Assembly (NCBI GenBank): GCA_910584215.1
Contig: CAJTYI010000002.1
Span: 21,249-85,248, forward strand
Length of the DNA: 64,000 nt
Direction of reading: 5' to 3'
Source of the DNA: an uncultured Roseburia sp.
Lineage (GTDB): Bacteria > Bacillota > Clostridia > Lachnospirales > Lachnospiraceae
Shown: positions 20,638 through 30,268 of the stretch, piece after piece
Numbering within the stretch: position 1 is the first letter of the stretch
How the letters are laid out: the number at the start of each line of letters is the position of its first letter
Notes under the pieces: generated by a model
Databases searched by the model: none
The model's input: the letters and a program-made list of their open reading frames with translations, nothing else
Told to the model about the DNA's origin: nothing
Made by a program: the position numbers and the translations under genes

Positions 20638-22002
20638 TTGTTTGGCAAATATCGCATTTTATCCACTCTTGGCACTGGCAGCAGCAGTACCGTCTATCTT
20701 GCCGAACATCTGAAATTAGAGACTTATCGTGCGATTAAATGTATCCCCAAAGATCATACGCTGATATCTTCTCCCGCTTTTCGCAATGGCTGTTCCACAG
20801 AAGCCGTTCTGTTAAAAGCTCTCAATCACCCTGGTATCCCCCGCATCTATGATATCGAAGAGGACGAATCTTTTCTTTACCTGATCGAGGAGTATATTTC
20901 AGGTGACTCACTGGACATTTTTTTGTCCAATCCGGAACATATTTCCCAGCAGATTATCATCCATTTTAGTATCCAAATATGCGACATTTTAAATTATCTG
21001 CATCATATATCGCCATATCCTATCCTATATCAGGATTTAAAGCCGGAGCATATTATAGTATGTGGAAATCAAATAAAAATAGTCGATTTTGGAATCGCTG
21101 ATTATTTTACCAATGCGGGAAATCAATTCCAATTATACGGAACAGATGAATTTACGGCACCGGAAGCGCGAAACGGCGAACCGGTCACACCGGCCTGCGA
21201 CATATACAGTTTGGGAAAAATTATGCAGTATATGGCCGGCCGCGCCCAAATTTCCTGTTGCGCATCTTTATTCACCATCATAAAAAAAGCATCTGCCACT
21301 AAATCAACACAACGATATGAAACGGCTGTCGACCTAAAAAAAGCACTTCTGACGCTTCTGACCGAAGCACAGCCACAGATTCCACATCTCATAAATACGA
21401 TCGGCGTTGTGGGAAGCAGAGCGGGCGCAGGCGCGACTCACATATCGCTCTCGCTCGTCACGACTTTAAACAGTCTGGGCATTTCCGCTGTCTACGTGGC
21501 ATCCAATGTCTCAAATGAATTTTCTTCTATGCAAAAATATCATAAACATTTGAAAGAGCATGACGGTATCTACCACTGCAAAAATCTCACTGCCTCCCCC
21601 GCCTACGGAACGGCAGTCTCTGATCCGATCGATAACAAGTCAATTCGCGTTATCGACTACGGCTCTCTTACCCCTGCGCAGTTTAATGCGCTGCAGGGAC
21701 CTGATCTTCTTGTGGCGGTCATCGGCGGCAGTGATTGGGAACTGTCGGAAACACTTGGTTTTTGCACACGGGTGACCTCCGCAATCCCTACAGTGTATCT
21801 CTGTAATTATGGAAACCAACACGCCGCCAGACGGCTGGCAGTATTTCTACGCAAAAGAATTTTCTGCTTTCCCGCGGATGCAGACACTTACCGTGTCACA
21901 ACTGAAAAACAACGACTGGTCATTTCTATCTGCAAACAGAAAGGAGGACGCAAATCATTTTTGGCATTGATAAAAGAAAATCTTCCACCCCTGTCACCAT
22001 AG
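20638..22002 (+). CDS. Hanks-type Ser/Thr protein kinase with C-terminal P-loop-like domain
   Basis: LGTGSSSTVY, AIK, YQDLKPEHI, DFG, APE, DIYSLG; later IGVVGSRAGAGATH; start may be ATT at 20623. Confidence 0.88.
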   Translation: MFGKYRILSTLGTGSSSTVYLAEHLKLETYRAIKCIPKDHTLISSPAFRNGCSTEAVLLKALNHPGIPRIYDIEEDESFLYLIEEYISGDSLDIFLSNPEHISQQIIIHFSIQICDILNYLHHISPYPILYQDLKPEHIIVCGNQIKIVDFGIADYFTNAGNQFQLYGTDEFTAPEARNGEPVTPACDIYSLGKIMQYMAGRAQISCCASLFTIIKKASATKSTQRYETAVDLKKALLTLLTEAQPQIPHLINTIGVVGSRAGAGATHISLSLVTTLNSLGISAVYVASNVSNEFSSMQKYHKHLKEHDGIYHCKNLTASPAYGTAVSDPIDNKSIRVIDYGSLTPAQFNALQGPDLLVAVIGGSDWELSETLGFCTRVTSAIPTVYLCNYGNQHAARRLAVFLRKRIFCFPADADTYRVTTEKQRLVISICKQKGGRKSFLALIKENLPPLSP

Positions 22003-22544
22003 GTCTATTCGGCAGCTGCCACGGCATGGGAGTCACACATCTGGCTATTGCCCTAGGCAATTACTGTCATTCCAAGCTGCGCAAAAAGACTGCTATTTTA
22101 GAACTGCATGATAGAGGAGAATTTTGCACTCTCTCCCCCGAAAACACGGATACGTCTTTTTGCCTGCACGGGCTCACCTATTATCCACATGTCGGCAATG
22201 ACTCCCTGCCCGCACTGCACAATCGTGGGTATGAATACCTGATCCTCGATCTGGGCAGCATGGAAGACGGGCAGGAATCCGAATTTCTGCGCTGTGACAG
22301 GAAAGTGGTTTTGGGAAGCCTTGCCCCATGGAAAGCCGGCTATCTGGAAAGCCTGTTTACTGTTTTTGACAAAAAAGAAATCGACGGAGAAAGTTTCTTT
22401 TACCTGGTACAAGCAGGACAGAAGCAGGACATTACCGATTTTACCCGGAACTATCATGTGACATTTTCTCCCATTCCTTTTATCAAAAATCCGTTTCATA
22501 TCGATAAAAATTTATTCACATTTTTACAAAATCTTGCAGACTGA
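21957..22544 (+). CDS. ParA/MinD-like P-loop hypothetical protein (probable non-AUG start)
   Basis: In-frame extension TIGLFGSCHG before MGVTH; AGGAGG at 21942-21947 precedes ATC/ATT; YEYLILDLG. Confidence 0.7.
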   Translation: MFGIDKRKSSTPVTIGLFGSCHGMGVTHLAIALGNYCHSKLRKKTAILELHDRGEFCTLSPENTDTSFCLHGLTYYPHVGNDSLPALHNRGYEYLILDLGSMEDGQESEFLRCDRKVVLGSLAPWKAGYLESLFTVFDKKEIDGESFFYLVQAGQKQDITDFTRNYHVTFSPIPFIKNPFHIDKNLFTFLQNLAD

Positions 22545-22639
22545 CTGCTGCTGCCTGTCAGATCATAGGCGTCTTTGTAGTAATATATCACTTTTGCAGC
22601 CAGCGAATTCCTTTTGGCTTCACATTATGGAGGAACAAT

Positions 22640-22885
22640 ATGGACACCGAACATATGAAAAATCTCTATTTGGAATTATCTGAATTAGAGCATGGCGGCA
22701 CAACCATCTGGCTGGAGGGTCATCCGAGCAGCTCCATAATGGTTACCAGCCAGCTGTGCCTCCATGACGAAATCACCTATATGCGAGACTATATTTTTGA
22801 TGAGGGGGTGTTAAAAGAATTACATTTTGATAGAATCAGTGATGAAACGGTAAATAATAAAAAGATAAAACACAAAAAAAGATAA
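22640..22885 (+). CDS. hypothetical protein
   Basis: 81-aa ORF with GGAGG RBS; YMRDYIFDEGVLKELHFD. Confidence 0.7.
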   Translation: MDTEHMKNLYLELSELEHGGTTIWLEGHPSSSIMVTSQLCLHDEITYMRDYIFDEGVLKELHFDRISDETVNNKKIKHKKR

Positions 22886-22939
22886 CGAGTCCTCAATGCC
22901 GTTTATCTTTTGCAAATGATTTTATAAGAATTAACACCG

Positions 22940-22976
22940 CAAGGGGCCATTGTTCATATCGAAGCTGGCCCCTTGT
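22940..22976. terminator. stem-loop between convergent genes
   Basis: CAAGGGGCCA...TGGCCCCTTG. Confidence 0.55.
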
Positions 22977-22993
22977 TGCAATATTCCATATGT

Positions 22994-23049
22994 GATCTAC
23001 TTCTTAACTTGATTCCTTATGAGATCTACTTCTTAACTTGATTCCTTAT
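22994..23049. repeat. 27-bp direct repeat, two copies
   Basis: GATCTACTTCTTAACTTGATTCCTTAT at 22994 and 23023. Confidence 0.9.
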
Positions 23050-23054
23050 TACCC

Positions 23055-26012
23055 CTACTTTTTAACCTTTATGCTTTTCACCTTGTCACTCCAGTCAGAA
23101 TAATAAGTGATGCCGGAAACTGTTTTGTATGTTCTTATCCGCAGATAATACCTATTATTTTTCTTTAATTTACCAATGTGTATCGTGATTGATTTTGACG
23201 TACAGCTCTTGGCTTTCTTAAACTTATTATTCAAAGCATATTGAAGTTCATAGCCGCTGACTTTTGACACTTTCTTACTTTTTACTGTTATTTTTCGTCC
23301 TTTATGATTGGTGCATTTTGATATAGAAGGGGTGATCAATCGGCAAATTTTCTTTTCATCACTGTACTCGCTTTGGACGCTGTCTTTATATGCCTGTATA
23401 CGGTATACATACATGGCAGCATTTTTTGCTTTGACAGATTTGTCCGTATAAGTAACAGTATTACCATTTTTGATTGTTGCAGCTCTGCTCCAACCACCAC
23501 CCGTTTTTTTCCGGTCAATATAATAGCCATCGGCCTGCTCTACAGCCTTCCAGCGAATGACAATGCCTTTTGCCGTATTAGACAGATTCGATACTACCGG
23601 CTGCTTTAATGTTACCGGCGCCGGTTCTACAGGTTCCTGTTTCTCACTGTCTGGAATCACTGGATTTACGATAACGGAAATCTCTGTCTCAATGATGTGG
23701 TAACCCAAACTGTCAGATGGGGTAAAAATAACAGGATATTTCGTACGGCCGCTATCTGCTGCAGATGGCTTTGTTTCAGGATTTTTCCAAGAGAAACTTC
23801 CCTCAACATTTGCAGCGCCATCCGTCAGAACAGATTGCGCCAGACTCTGCCCCTCCGTGATAGCTCCCGCATTCGGCAGTACATTTATGACTGGAACTGC
23901 CTTTTGGATAGAAAATGTCTTACTGCTCTCTCCAAACGGAGCATAGAGCCCGACACCTTTCACAATAGCCTTAGCCTCCCCTGGAGACAGGTTGGATTCA
24001 TAAGTTACCGTATAATCTTTTCCCAATGTCAAAATTGTCCCATTTGTCAACCTGACTGTAAGCTCCGGCTCGATGGCTTCACCCGTATAAGCACAATCAG
24101 TAATATCTTCCACAATGATCTGCTGTTTGTCCCACATCATGTCAGAATCAGAGGATGCAATATTTTTATAATGAGCGAGAGTTTTTTCAGTCGCGTCATA
24201 AATAGCAATGTCAAAACCTGTGGTATTATTAAATTCTAACAGATAATATGTATGCTCCTTTTGGGGACAGAGTGAGCCATAAACCGGATGGTTACTGTCA
24301 ATGCTGCTGGCGAAAAAGTCAAGAAGCTCACCATATGTTTTCGTTAAGCCAGTTTCCTTCGTCATGTTAAACATTCCGCATGCCATCTGTGCTGATTCCA
24401 CGCTCTGGAATGTGGACGAATCATAGCCACACATATAAATATCCGGGAAGAAAAATAAAATTAATTCCGCGGGAATACTCGAATCCACATCAATAATTCC
24501 AAGGGCATCCAAATCACTTTGCTTAGAAGGATATAGCCCAGTCGGCGTCCCCGGATGTCCCTTATAATAATAAACATACGAATCACCGTAATAGGCCTTA
24601 GCCAGTTCTGCATAGTCTTTAAACCCAGGCTCATTATTGACCGTACTGCCAAGAAACAGCATAATCGGTTGTTTAGCCTGATTAGCCGCTTCAAACATAT
24701 CGTTATCAAAATGATACAGTGTCTTGAATTCTTCGTCTTTCTCAACACTCTGCACACTTTTTAACATGGCAGACACACTTTTGACGGTGCAGTTAGCGAT
24801 TACCTTTTGTAAAAGTTCCTCATTATCAATTTTAAAGGTTCCAGAAGTCCGTGCTACCCACCACTCTACATTCTCATCCTCTGCCGCCACAGCCGCATAT
24901 TTAGGCAGCGTAGTCAATGTCAAAGATGTAAAGGACTTATATTTTGCCCATGCAGGGTCAAATTTTCCTTCCGCGCGCGTTTTGCTCTTTAATTCTTCCC
25001 AGTCACGGCGCATATCGTCGTACAGTGCGCCGTCGCTGTCAGAGGCAAAGGTATCGTTAAAGTAAGAATAAGTACCGCCTCCATCCGAAAGAAGAACTAC
25101 TTTATATTGAGATTCCGGAATCTGATTCGCCACTAAAAGCAGCAGCATATTTTCTACAAAATTATCGGTATAATAGAGCTGAAAAAAAGAATCGGGTCCG
25201 ATTTCGTATAGATCACGAATGTATGCAGACATTCTATTGCGGGTGTCCAGCCACTTCTGCCCGCCCCACGTGACACCTTCAAAATCGGAATCAATACCAT
25301 TTGGGAGCTTATATACATTTTCCGGAAGATTATTCCAGTCCCAGGAAGAGGCTCTCTCAAAAACAGCGAACGTCGGGATGGGATTTCCCTCCGCGCCCTT
25401 GGTAATACAGTAGTCGGTCTGCTCCCAGAGCGACAGCGAAAACAAAACTGCTGGAAATGTAGCGCTGATAGGAGCTAAATTGTAAACATCTGCAACAATG
25501 CCCACAGTAACTGGTTCCGATACAAATACCGTCTCTGTTCCCTTTAGATATTCTACTTCTACCGAAAATTTGCCAAAATTCTTAAAATCCATGGTATATG
25601 TTTGCTTATCTTGCTCCAATGCGAAAGTATCCATGACATTTTGCGTGACTGTATCTTCGTAGTACATTTTTGCCGTTACTCTGACATGATCTGCACTATT
25701 CGCAGTTAAAATATCATTGACTGCTGCAATATGTACCGTCACAGCGGTATAGTTTGTTTGAGTCTGCTGCAATATAATATCACCCAACGTACTTGAAACG
25801 GCGATAGCTTTCGTAGTCTGTGACCCTGACGCGGGGATAGCACAAGGGCTCTCTTTTGCAACCCCAACCGCATAAACATGGTTTATTCCCATATCACCGG
25901 CTTGGGGCGCTGCCGTCACAGCTACAAAGGCAAATGCCAAAAAACAGGTGATTGTCCGCCTGCATATATGAAATAGCCACATACAAGTTGATTTGTTCGT
26001 TTTGTTCTGCAT
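23055..26012 (-). CDS. secreted/surface protein with GT80 sialyltransferase-like core and C-terminal Ig/FN3 domains
   Basis: Signal-like N-terminus; LLSDG, LFLGST, YYKGHP, SIPAELI, GYDSSTF motif series; YTGEAIEP repeat; two FN3-like C-terminal modules. Confidence 0.7.
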   Translation of the reverse strand: MQNKTNKSTCMWLFHICRRTITCFLAFAFVAVTAAPQAGDMGINHVYAVGVAKESPCAIPASGSQTTKAIAVSSTLGDIILQQTQTNYTAVTVHIAAVNDILTANSADHVRVTAKMYYEDTVTQNVMDTFALEQDKQTYTMDFKNFGKFSVEVEYLKGTETVFVSEPVTVGIVADVYNLAPISATFPAVLFSLSLWEQTDYCITKGAEGNPIPTFAVFERASSWDWNNLPENVYKLPNGIDSDFEGVTWGGQKWLDTRNRMSAYIRDLYEIGPDSFFQLYYTDNFVENMLLLLVANQIPESQYKVVLLSDGGGTYSYFNDTFASDSDGALYDDMRRDWEELKSKTRAEGKFDPAWAKYKSFTSLTLTTLPKYAAVAAEDENVEWWVARTSGTFKIDNEELLQKVIANCTVKSVSAMLKSVQSVEKDEEFKTLYHFDNDMFEAANQAKQPIMLFLGSTVNNEPGFKDYAELAKAYYGDSYVYYYKGHPGTPTGLYPSKQSDLDALGIIDVDSSIPAELILFFFPDIYMCGYDSSTFQSVESAQMACGMFNMTKETGLTKTYGELLDFFASSIDSNHPVYGSLCPQKEHTYYLLEFNNTTGFDIAIYDATEKTLAHYKNIASSDSDMMWDKQQIIVEDITDCAYTGEAIEPELTVRLTNGTILTLGKDYTVTYESNLSPGEAKAIVKGVGLYAPFGESSKTFSIQKAVPVINVLPNAGAITEGQSLAQSVLTDGAANVEGSFSWKNPETKPSAADSGRTKYPVIFTPSDSLGYHIIETEISVIVNPVIPDSEKQEPVEPAPVTLKQPVVSNLSNTAKGIVIRWKAVEQADGYYIDRKKTGGGWSRAATIKNGNTVTYTDKSVKAKNAAMYVYRIQAYKDSVQSEYSDEKKICRLITPSISKCTNHKGRKITVKSKKVSKVSGYELQYALNNKFKKAKSCTSKSITIHIGKLKKNNRYYLRIRTYKTVSGITYYSDWSDKVKSIKVKK

Positions 26013-26360
26013 GAAAACCTTCTCCTTTTGATTGATACCGGCTAACCATAGTAGCAAATGTCACTTATATCCGCCAACCGTTTTCTTACTCAGGTTGTAA
26101 AAACTATACATAAAATGCTCTATTGTCTTGCCGCTTATTAACTATTCTTAGAATTATAAACAAAAATGCGACATCCTACAATAGACAAAAGATAGAATAT
26201 GGCAAACTTTTTCTACCATTATTTCTATTCTTAAATTATTTTTAATTTATTTGCTTTTATCTTTCAATATGCTACAATAAACTATATTCCTAACTGCTAT
26301 CTCCCGTACCATATTATGGGGGATATCCGATTGACAATTTCAAAAGAGAATGAGGTTCTT

Positions 26361-28109
26361 ATGAAAAAAAAGCTGATACCGTTTATTGCAGTAGCCGTAT
26401 TAATCATCATTATTGTACTGTGTATTGTTGTGGGAAATCTTATCGAAAAGTACACACCCACAAAAGAGCGTCAGGATTTGACGGAATACTACGCCATTTC
26501 TTCTGCACAGGATACTGCAATCGTTTTAAATAATGAAGTAATTGACAAGAAAGCCCGCATGATCGACGGCGTTGTATATTTTGATTTTGAGACGGTATCT
26601 ATGTTCAATCCCCGGTTTTACTGGGATGCCAGAGAAAACAAGCTGCTCTATACCACTTCCACCGACCTTGTGACGGTAGATGTCGAGAGCTCCGAATACC
26701 GTATCACCAAAGACACCAAAAATCTCGGGCATACGATTGTCAAAGCAGATGCGCAGACCGCCTATGTTGCGGTCGACTTCGTAAAGCTTTATTCTGACTT
26801 TGCCTACGAAATCTACTCGGAACCGAACCGTATCCTGGTTACGACAGCCTGGGGCAGCTACGATACGGCACCGGTCAAGAAAGATACCGCCGTCCGTGTG
26901 AAAGGCGGCATCAAAAGTCCTATACTGGCTGATATCGCCAAGGACACGAGGGTGACCGTTCTAAAGCCAGACGAGACCTGGACGAAAATCGCTACGGAAG
27001 AAGGCATTATAGGCTATGTCAAATCTAAGCTTTTGGGAGAGATCACACAGGAGACAGCGACAAGCGATTATGTAGAAGAAACATTCACGCATATCACAAA
27101 AGATTTTAAAATCAATATGGGCTGGCATCAGGTAACCACGATGGCGGCCAACCAGAATATCGGCTCCGTTCTGATGAACACAAAGGGAATCAACGTGATT
27201 TCCCCCACATGGTTCTACCTCAATGACAATAACGGCAACATTGCCTCCCTTGCCAGCAAAGAATATGTCGATTATTGCCACCAGAATAATATCGAAGTCT
27301 GGGCATTGGTAAGCAATCTGGAGAATAAAGAAGTAAGCACCAATGAAGTTCTCACTTATACTTCCCGGCGCGAAACACTGGTAAACAATTTGATCTCCGC
27401 CGCCATCCAGTATAACCTCGACGGTATCAATGTGGACCTGGAGTCAATTGACGCAGAGATCGGCGACTCTTATATTCAGTTTATCCGGGAACTCTCGCTC
27501 AAATGTGCCAATAACGGGATTGTTCTTTCCGTTGACAATTATGTCCCAACGGACTATACCGCTTTTTACAACCGTGCCGAACAGGCGCTTTTTGCAGATT
27601 ATGTCATTATCATGGCCTACGATGAGCACTGGTCGGGGTCGGAGGAAGCAGGATCTGTGGCCTCCATCGGTTTTGTGCGCGACGGCGTCACCAACACTCT
27701 AAAAGAAGTCCCAGCCGCACAGACAATCCTCGCCATGCCGTTTTACACCAGAGTGTGGAGCGAAACCCCCCTCGCCGATACAGACGAGAACCAGACGGCA
27801 AACGACGGAGCGGAATCTTCGGACAGCTACCAGCTTTTCACACTCGACAGCTATGCAACCAATATGACGGAAGCAAAAAAATTGGTCGATACCAATGGTG
27901 TCGTTCCCGCTTGGTCTGACCCGGAAGGACAGTATTACGCCCAGTATGAGAACAATGGCGTCACCTACAAAATCTGGCTGGAGGATGCTACTTCACTGGA
28001 GCATAAACTAAACGTGATGAAAGATCATGACCTTGCTGGCGGCGCATTCTGGAAATTGGGTCTGGAGACCCCGGATGTGTGGGATACCATCATTAAATAT
28101 ATAAACTGA
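26361..28109 (+). CDS. membrane-anchored GH18 glycoside hydrolase with SH3b domain
   Basis: N-terminal TM; SH3-like WTKIATEEGIIGYV; LDGINVDLE catalytic motif; MAYDEH; AFWKLG. Confidence 0.88.
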   Translation: MKKKLIPFIAVAVLIIIIVLCIVVGNLIEKYTPTKERQDLTEYYAISSAQDTAIVLNNEVIDKKARMIDGVVYFDFETVSMFNPRFYWDARENKLLYTTSTDLVTVDVESSEYRITKDTKNLGHTIVKADAQTAYVAVDFVKLYSDFAYEIYSEPNRILVTTAWGSYDTAPVKKDTAVRVKGGIKSPILADIAKDTRVTVLKPDETWTKIATEEGIIGYVKSKLLGEITQETATSDYVEETFTHITKDFKINMGWHQVTTMAANQNIGSVLMNTKGINVISPTWFYLNDNNGNIASLASKEYVDYCHQNNIEVWALVSNLENKEVSTNEVLTYTSRRETLVNNLISAAIQYNLDGINVDLESIDAEIGDSYIQFIRELSLKCANNGIVLSVDNYVPTDYTAFYNRAEQALFADYVIIMAYDEHWSGSEEAGSVASIGFVRDGVTNTLKEVPAAQTILAMPFYTRVWSETPLADTDENQTANDGAESSDSYQLFTLDSYATNMTEAKKLVDTNGVVPAWSDPEGQYYAQYENNGVTYKIWLEDATSLEHKLNVMKDHDLAGGAFWKLGLETPDVWDTIIKYIN

Positions 28110-28150
28110 CAGACACATTTACGGTATTCAATCTAACTATTTTAAAACAT

Positions 28151-28193
28151 AATCGCTGTAAGGCTTATAATAAAGGCCCTACAGCGATTTTTT
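28151..28193 (+). terminator. intrinsic terminator
   Basis: AATCGCTGTA...TACAGCGATT followed by T-run. Confidence 0.75.
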
Positions 28194-28248
28194 GATTGAT
28201 AGAAACCCGTGCTCGGAATCTGCTCTTTCCGATTTCCTTTCGGCTTTT

Positions 28249-28656
28249 TTAGATGTTTTTCCGAATCTTCAGAATGTTTTTGCCATCCTTATATTCATAA
28301 AATACATCGTCCATTGATTTCTTCACCATATAAATACCCAAGCCCCCGATTTCGCGTTCCTCCGCGGAAAGCGTGATATCGGGATCGGCTTTTGCAAGCG
28401 GGTCATAGGGTACTCCGTTATCAATAAACGTTATTACTACCGCCAGAGGATTTTCCGTAATCTCAACGCGCACGGTAGCCACGCCGACCTCAGGATTGTA
28501 AGCGTAGTTCGCGATGTTTCCGAACAGCTCGTCTATCGCTATATCCATCTGAATTTTCGTTTTCAACGGGCAGTCGAGCTGCTCCAATTGCTCATCCACA
28601 AAAGCTGTCACGGTGGAAATGTTCTCAAGCGTCGCGTCAATGGTAAGCTCTTTCAT
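28249..28656 (-). CDS. RsbW/SpoIIAB-like anti-sigma factor kinase (HATPase_c_2)
   Basis: IAIDELFGNIANYAY, FIDNGVPYDPL, IGGLGIYMVKKSMD. Confidence 0.9.
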   Translation of the reverse strand: MKELTIDATLENISTVTAFVDEQLEQLDCPLKTKIQMDIAIDELFGNIANYAYNPEVGVATVRVEITENPLAVVITFIDNGVPYDPLAKADPDITLSAEEREIGGLGIYMVKKSMDDVFYEYKDGKNILKIRKNI

Positions 28657-28657
28657 T

Positions 28658-30268
28658 TTAAACCTCCATTCTCGCCTTGTATTCCAGACAAAGCATTGTG
28701 ATGTCGTCAAACTGCGGCGCATCGCCTACAAAGCGGTCAATATCATCTTTGATTTTCGGCAGCAGCTCTGTTGGAGGCAGTACGGAATTTTTTCCGAGAA
28801 CAGCCGTCAAGCGCTCCATGCCGTACAATTCGTTCTCTTTATTGGTAGCTTCGGTAACGCCGTCGGTATACTGGAATATCTTGTCACCGACCTCAAGCCG
28901 CATTTCACCGCCTTTATAGCGCATCCCCTCCATGCCTGCGAGAACAAATCCCGCGCGTATCTTATAAGGCTCAAAACACCCGCCTGTTTTACAGATATAG
29001 GGAATCTCGTGCCCCGCATTCACAAAACGGAAATCGCCGCTCACTAAGTCGAGAACGCCCTCAAACGCCGTGATAAACAAGCCCTCGCTGTTCGATTCAC
29101 ACAACAGCTCGTTTACCTCGGAGAACACCTCGCCCAAATCCTTGCCGGTCTGCGTATGATCCTTTATCAGTGTTTTACCGATCACCATAAACAGCGCCGC
29201 GGGAACTCCCTTACCCGAAACGTCCGCCATCACAATAGCAAGGTGGCGTTCATCTATCATAAAGAAATCATAAAAATCACCGCCTACCTCTTTGGCCGGG
29301 TTCATCGTAGCGTAAATATCTATTTCCTTGCGCTCGGGGAACGCAGGGAAAATGCTCGGCAGCATATTCGCCTGAATACGCGTGGCAACGGAAAGCTCGG
29401 TGTTGACACGCTCCTTTTCCGCGGTGATGGCGGTAAGGTTTTTCGTATACTCGACGATATCCGTTTCCATTTTTTCGACCGCACGGGCGAGTATCCCGAC
29501 CTCGTCCCTCTGCCCTATTTTCAGCAGATTCTCGGAGGGTATATTCGTCTCCGCAAAACGCTTCGCCTCGTCGGTGACCGTAAGGATCGGTTTAATAACG
29601 GTGCGGCGCAGTATCACCGAGTATACGATAATAAACAGAACGATCGCTGCCAGTGTCCATAAAATAACGTGCAGAACGTAAGTGCTGCGGGCATTTTCAA
29701 GCCGTGTCATCGGCTTTTCAACGCACAGCATCGCGATGATTTCGCCATCCGAGTTTTTTACGTCGATCGCGGCGGTCGTGTGTGCACCGGACTCCTTTGA
29801 ATAGGAATACAAGTATTTTTCGGCGCGTCCGCCCACCGTCATAATTTTAATAACATTCTCGGTATGTTTTTCATCAAGATCAGATGCGGTGTAGCCCAAC
29901 GGATAGCGCGCAAAGCCCGTGCTTGAATTTACCGTATCGTAAATGTAGGTAAGCGTTTTGTAATCTTCGCTTACCCTCGCGACATATATAAATGTGACGT
30001 TTGTCGCGTCGGTAAGCACGTCCAGTCTCGCCAGAATATTCTCGTATTCCTCGTCGGTCTGTCCCGTTTCGAGGTATTGTGCAAATTTATCGGGATTTAA
30101 AATCGAACGCGCCGTTTCCGCGATCTCGTATGCCGAATCGTTATACTGCTGTTCTAGCACTGCGGTAAATTCTTTATATCCTACCGTGCTGCACACCGCG
30201 CCTAATAGTATCCCAAAAAGAATGACTCCTATCGTAAGTTTGCCCGCTATTCCGGTGAGCTTTTTCAT
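28658..30268 (-). CDS. membrane sensor PP2C/SpoIIE (RsbU-like) phosphatase with HAMP domain
   Basis: Two TM segments flanking an extracytoplasmic domain; EVGGDFYDFF, ADVSGKGVPAALFM, YTDGVTEA, FDDITML. Confidence 0.92.
   Translation of the reverse strand: MKKLTGIAGKLTIGVILFGILLGAVCSTVGYKEFTAVLEQQYNDSAYEIAETARSILNPDKFAQYLETGQTDEEYENILARLDVLTDATNVTFIYVARVSEDYKTLTYIYDTVNSSTGFARYPLGYTASDLDEKHTENVIKIMTVGGRAEKYLYSYSKESGAHTTAAIDVKNSDGEIIAMLCVEKPMTRLENARSTYVLHVILWTLAAIVLFIIVYSVILRRTVIKPILTVTDEAKRFAETNIPSENLLKIGQRDEVGILARAVEKMETDIVEYTKNLTAITAEKERVNTELSVATRIQANMLPSIFPAFPERKEIDIYATMNPAKEVGGDFYDFFMIDERHLAIVMADVSGKGVPAALFMVIGKTLIKDHTQTGKDLGEVFSEVNELLCESNSEGLFITAFEGVLDLVSGDFRFVNAGHEIPYICKTGGCFEPYKIRAGFVLAGMEGMRYKGGEMRLEVGDKIFQYTDGVTEATNKENELYGMERLTAVLGKNSVLPPTELLPKIKDDIDRFVGDAPQFDDITMLCLEYKARMEV

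Noticed and set aside
28110..28248. att site or integrase at the left edge of the island
   Set aside because: No repeat matching the right junction and no recombinase gene seen, so mobility is unproven
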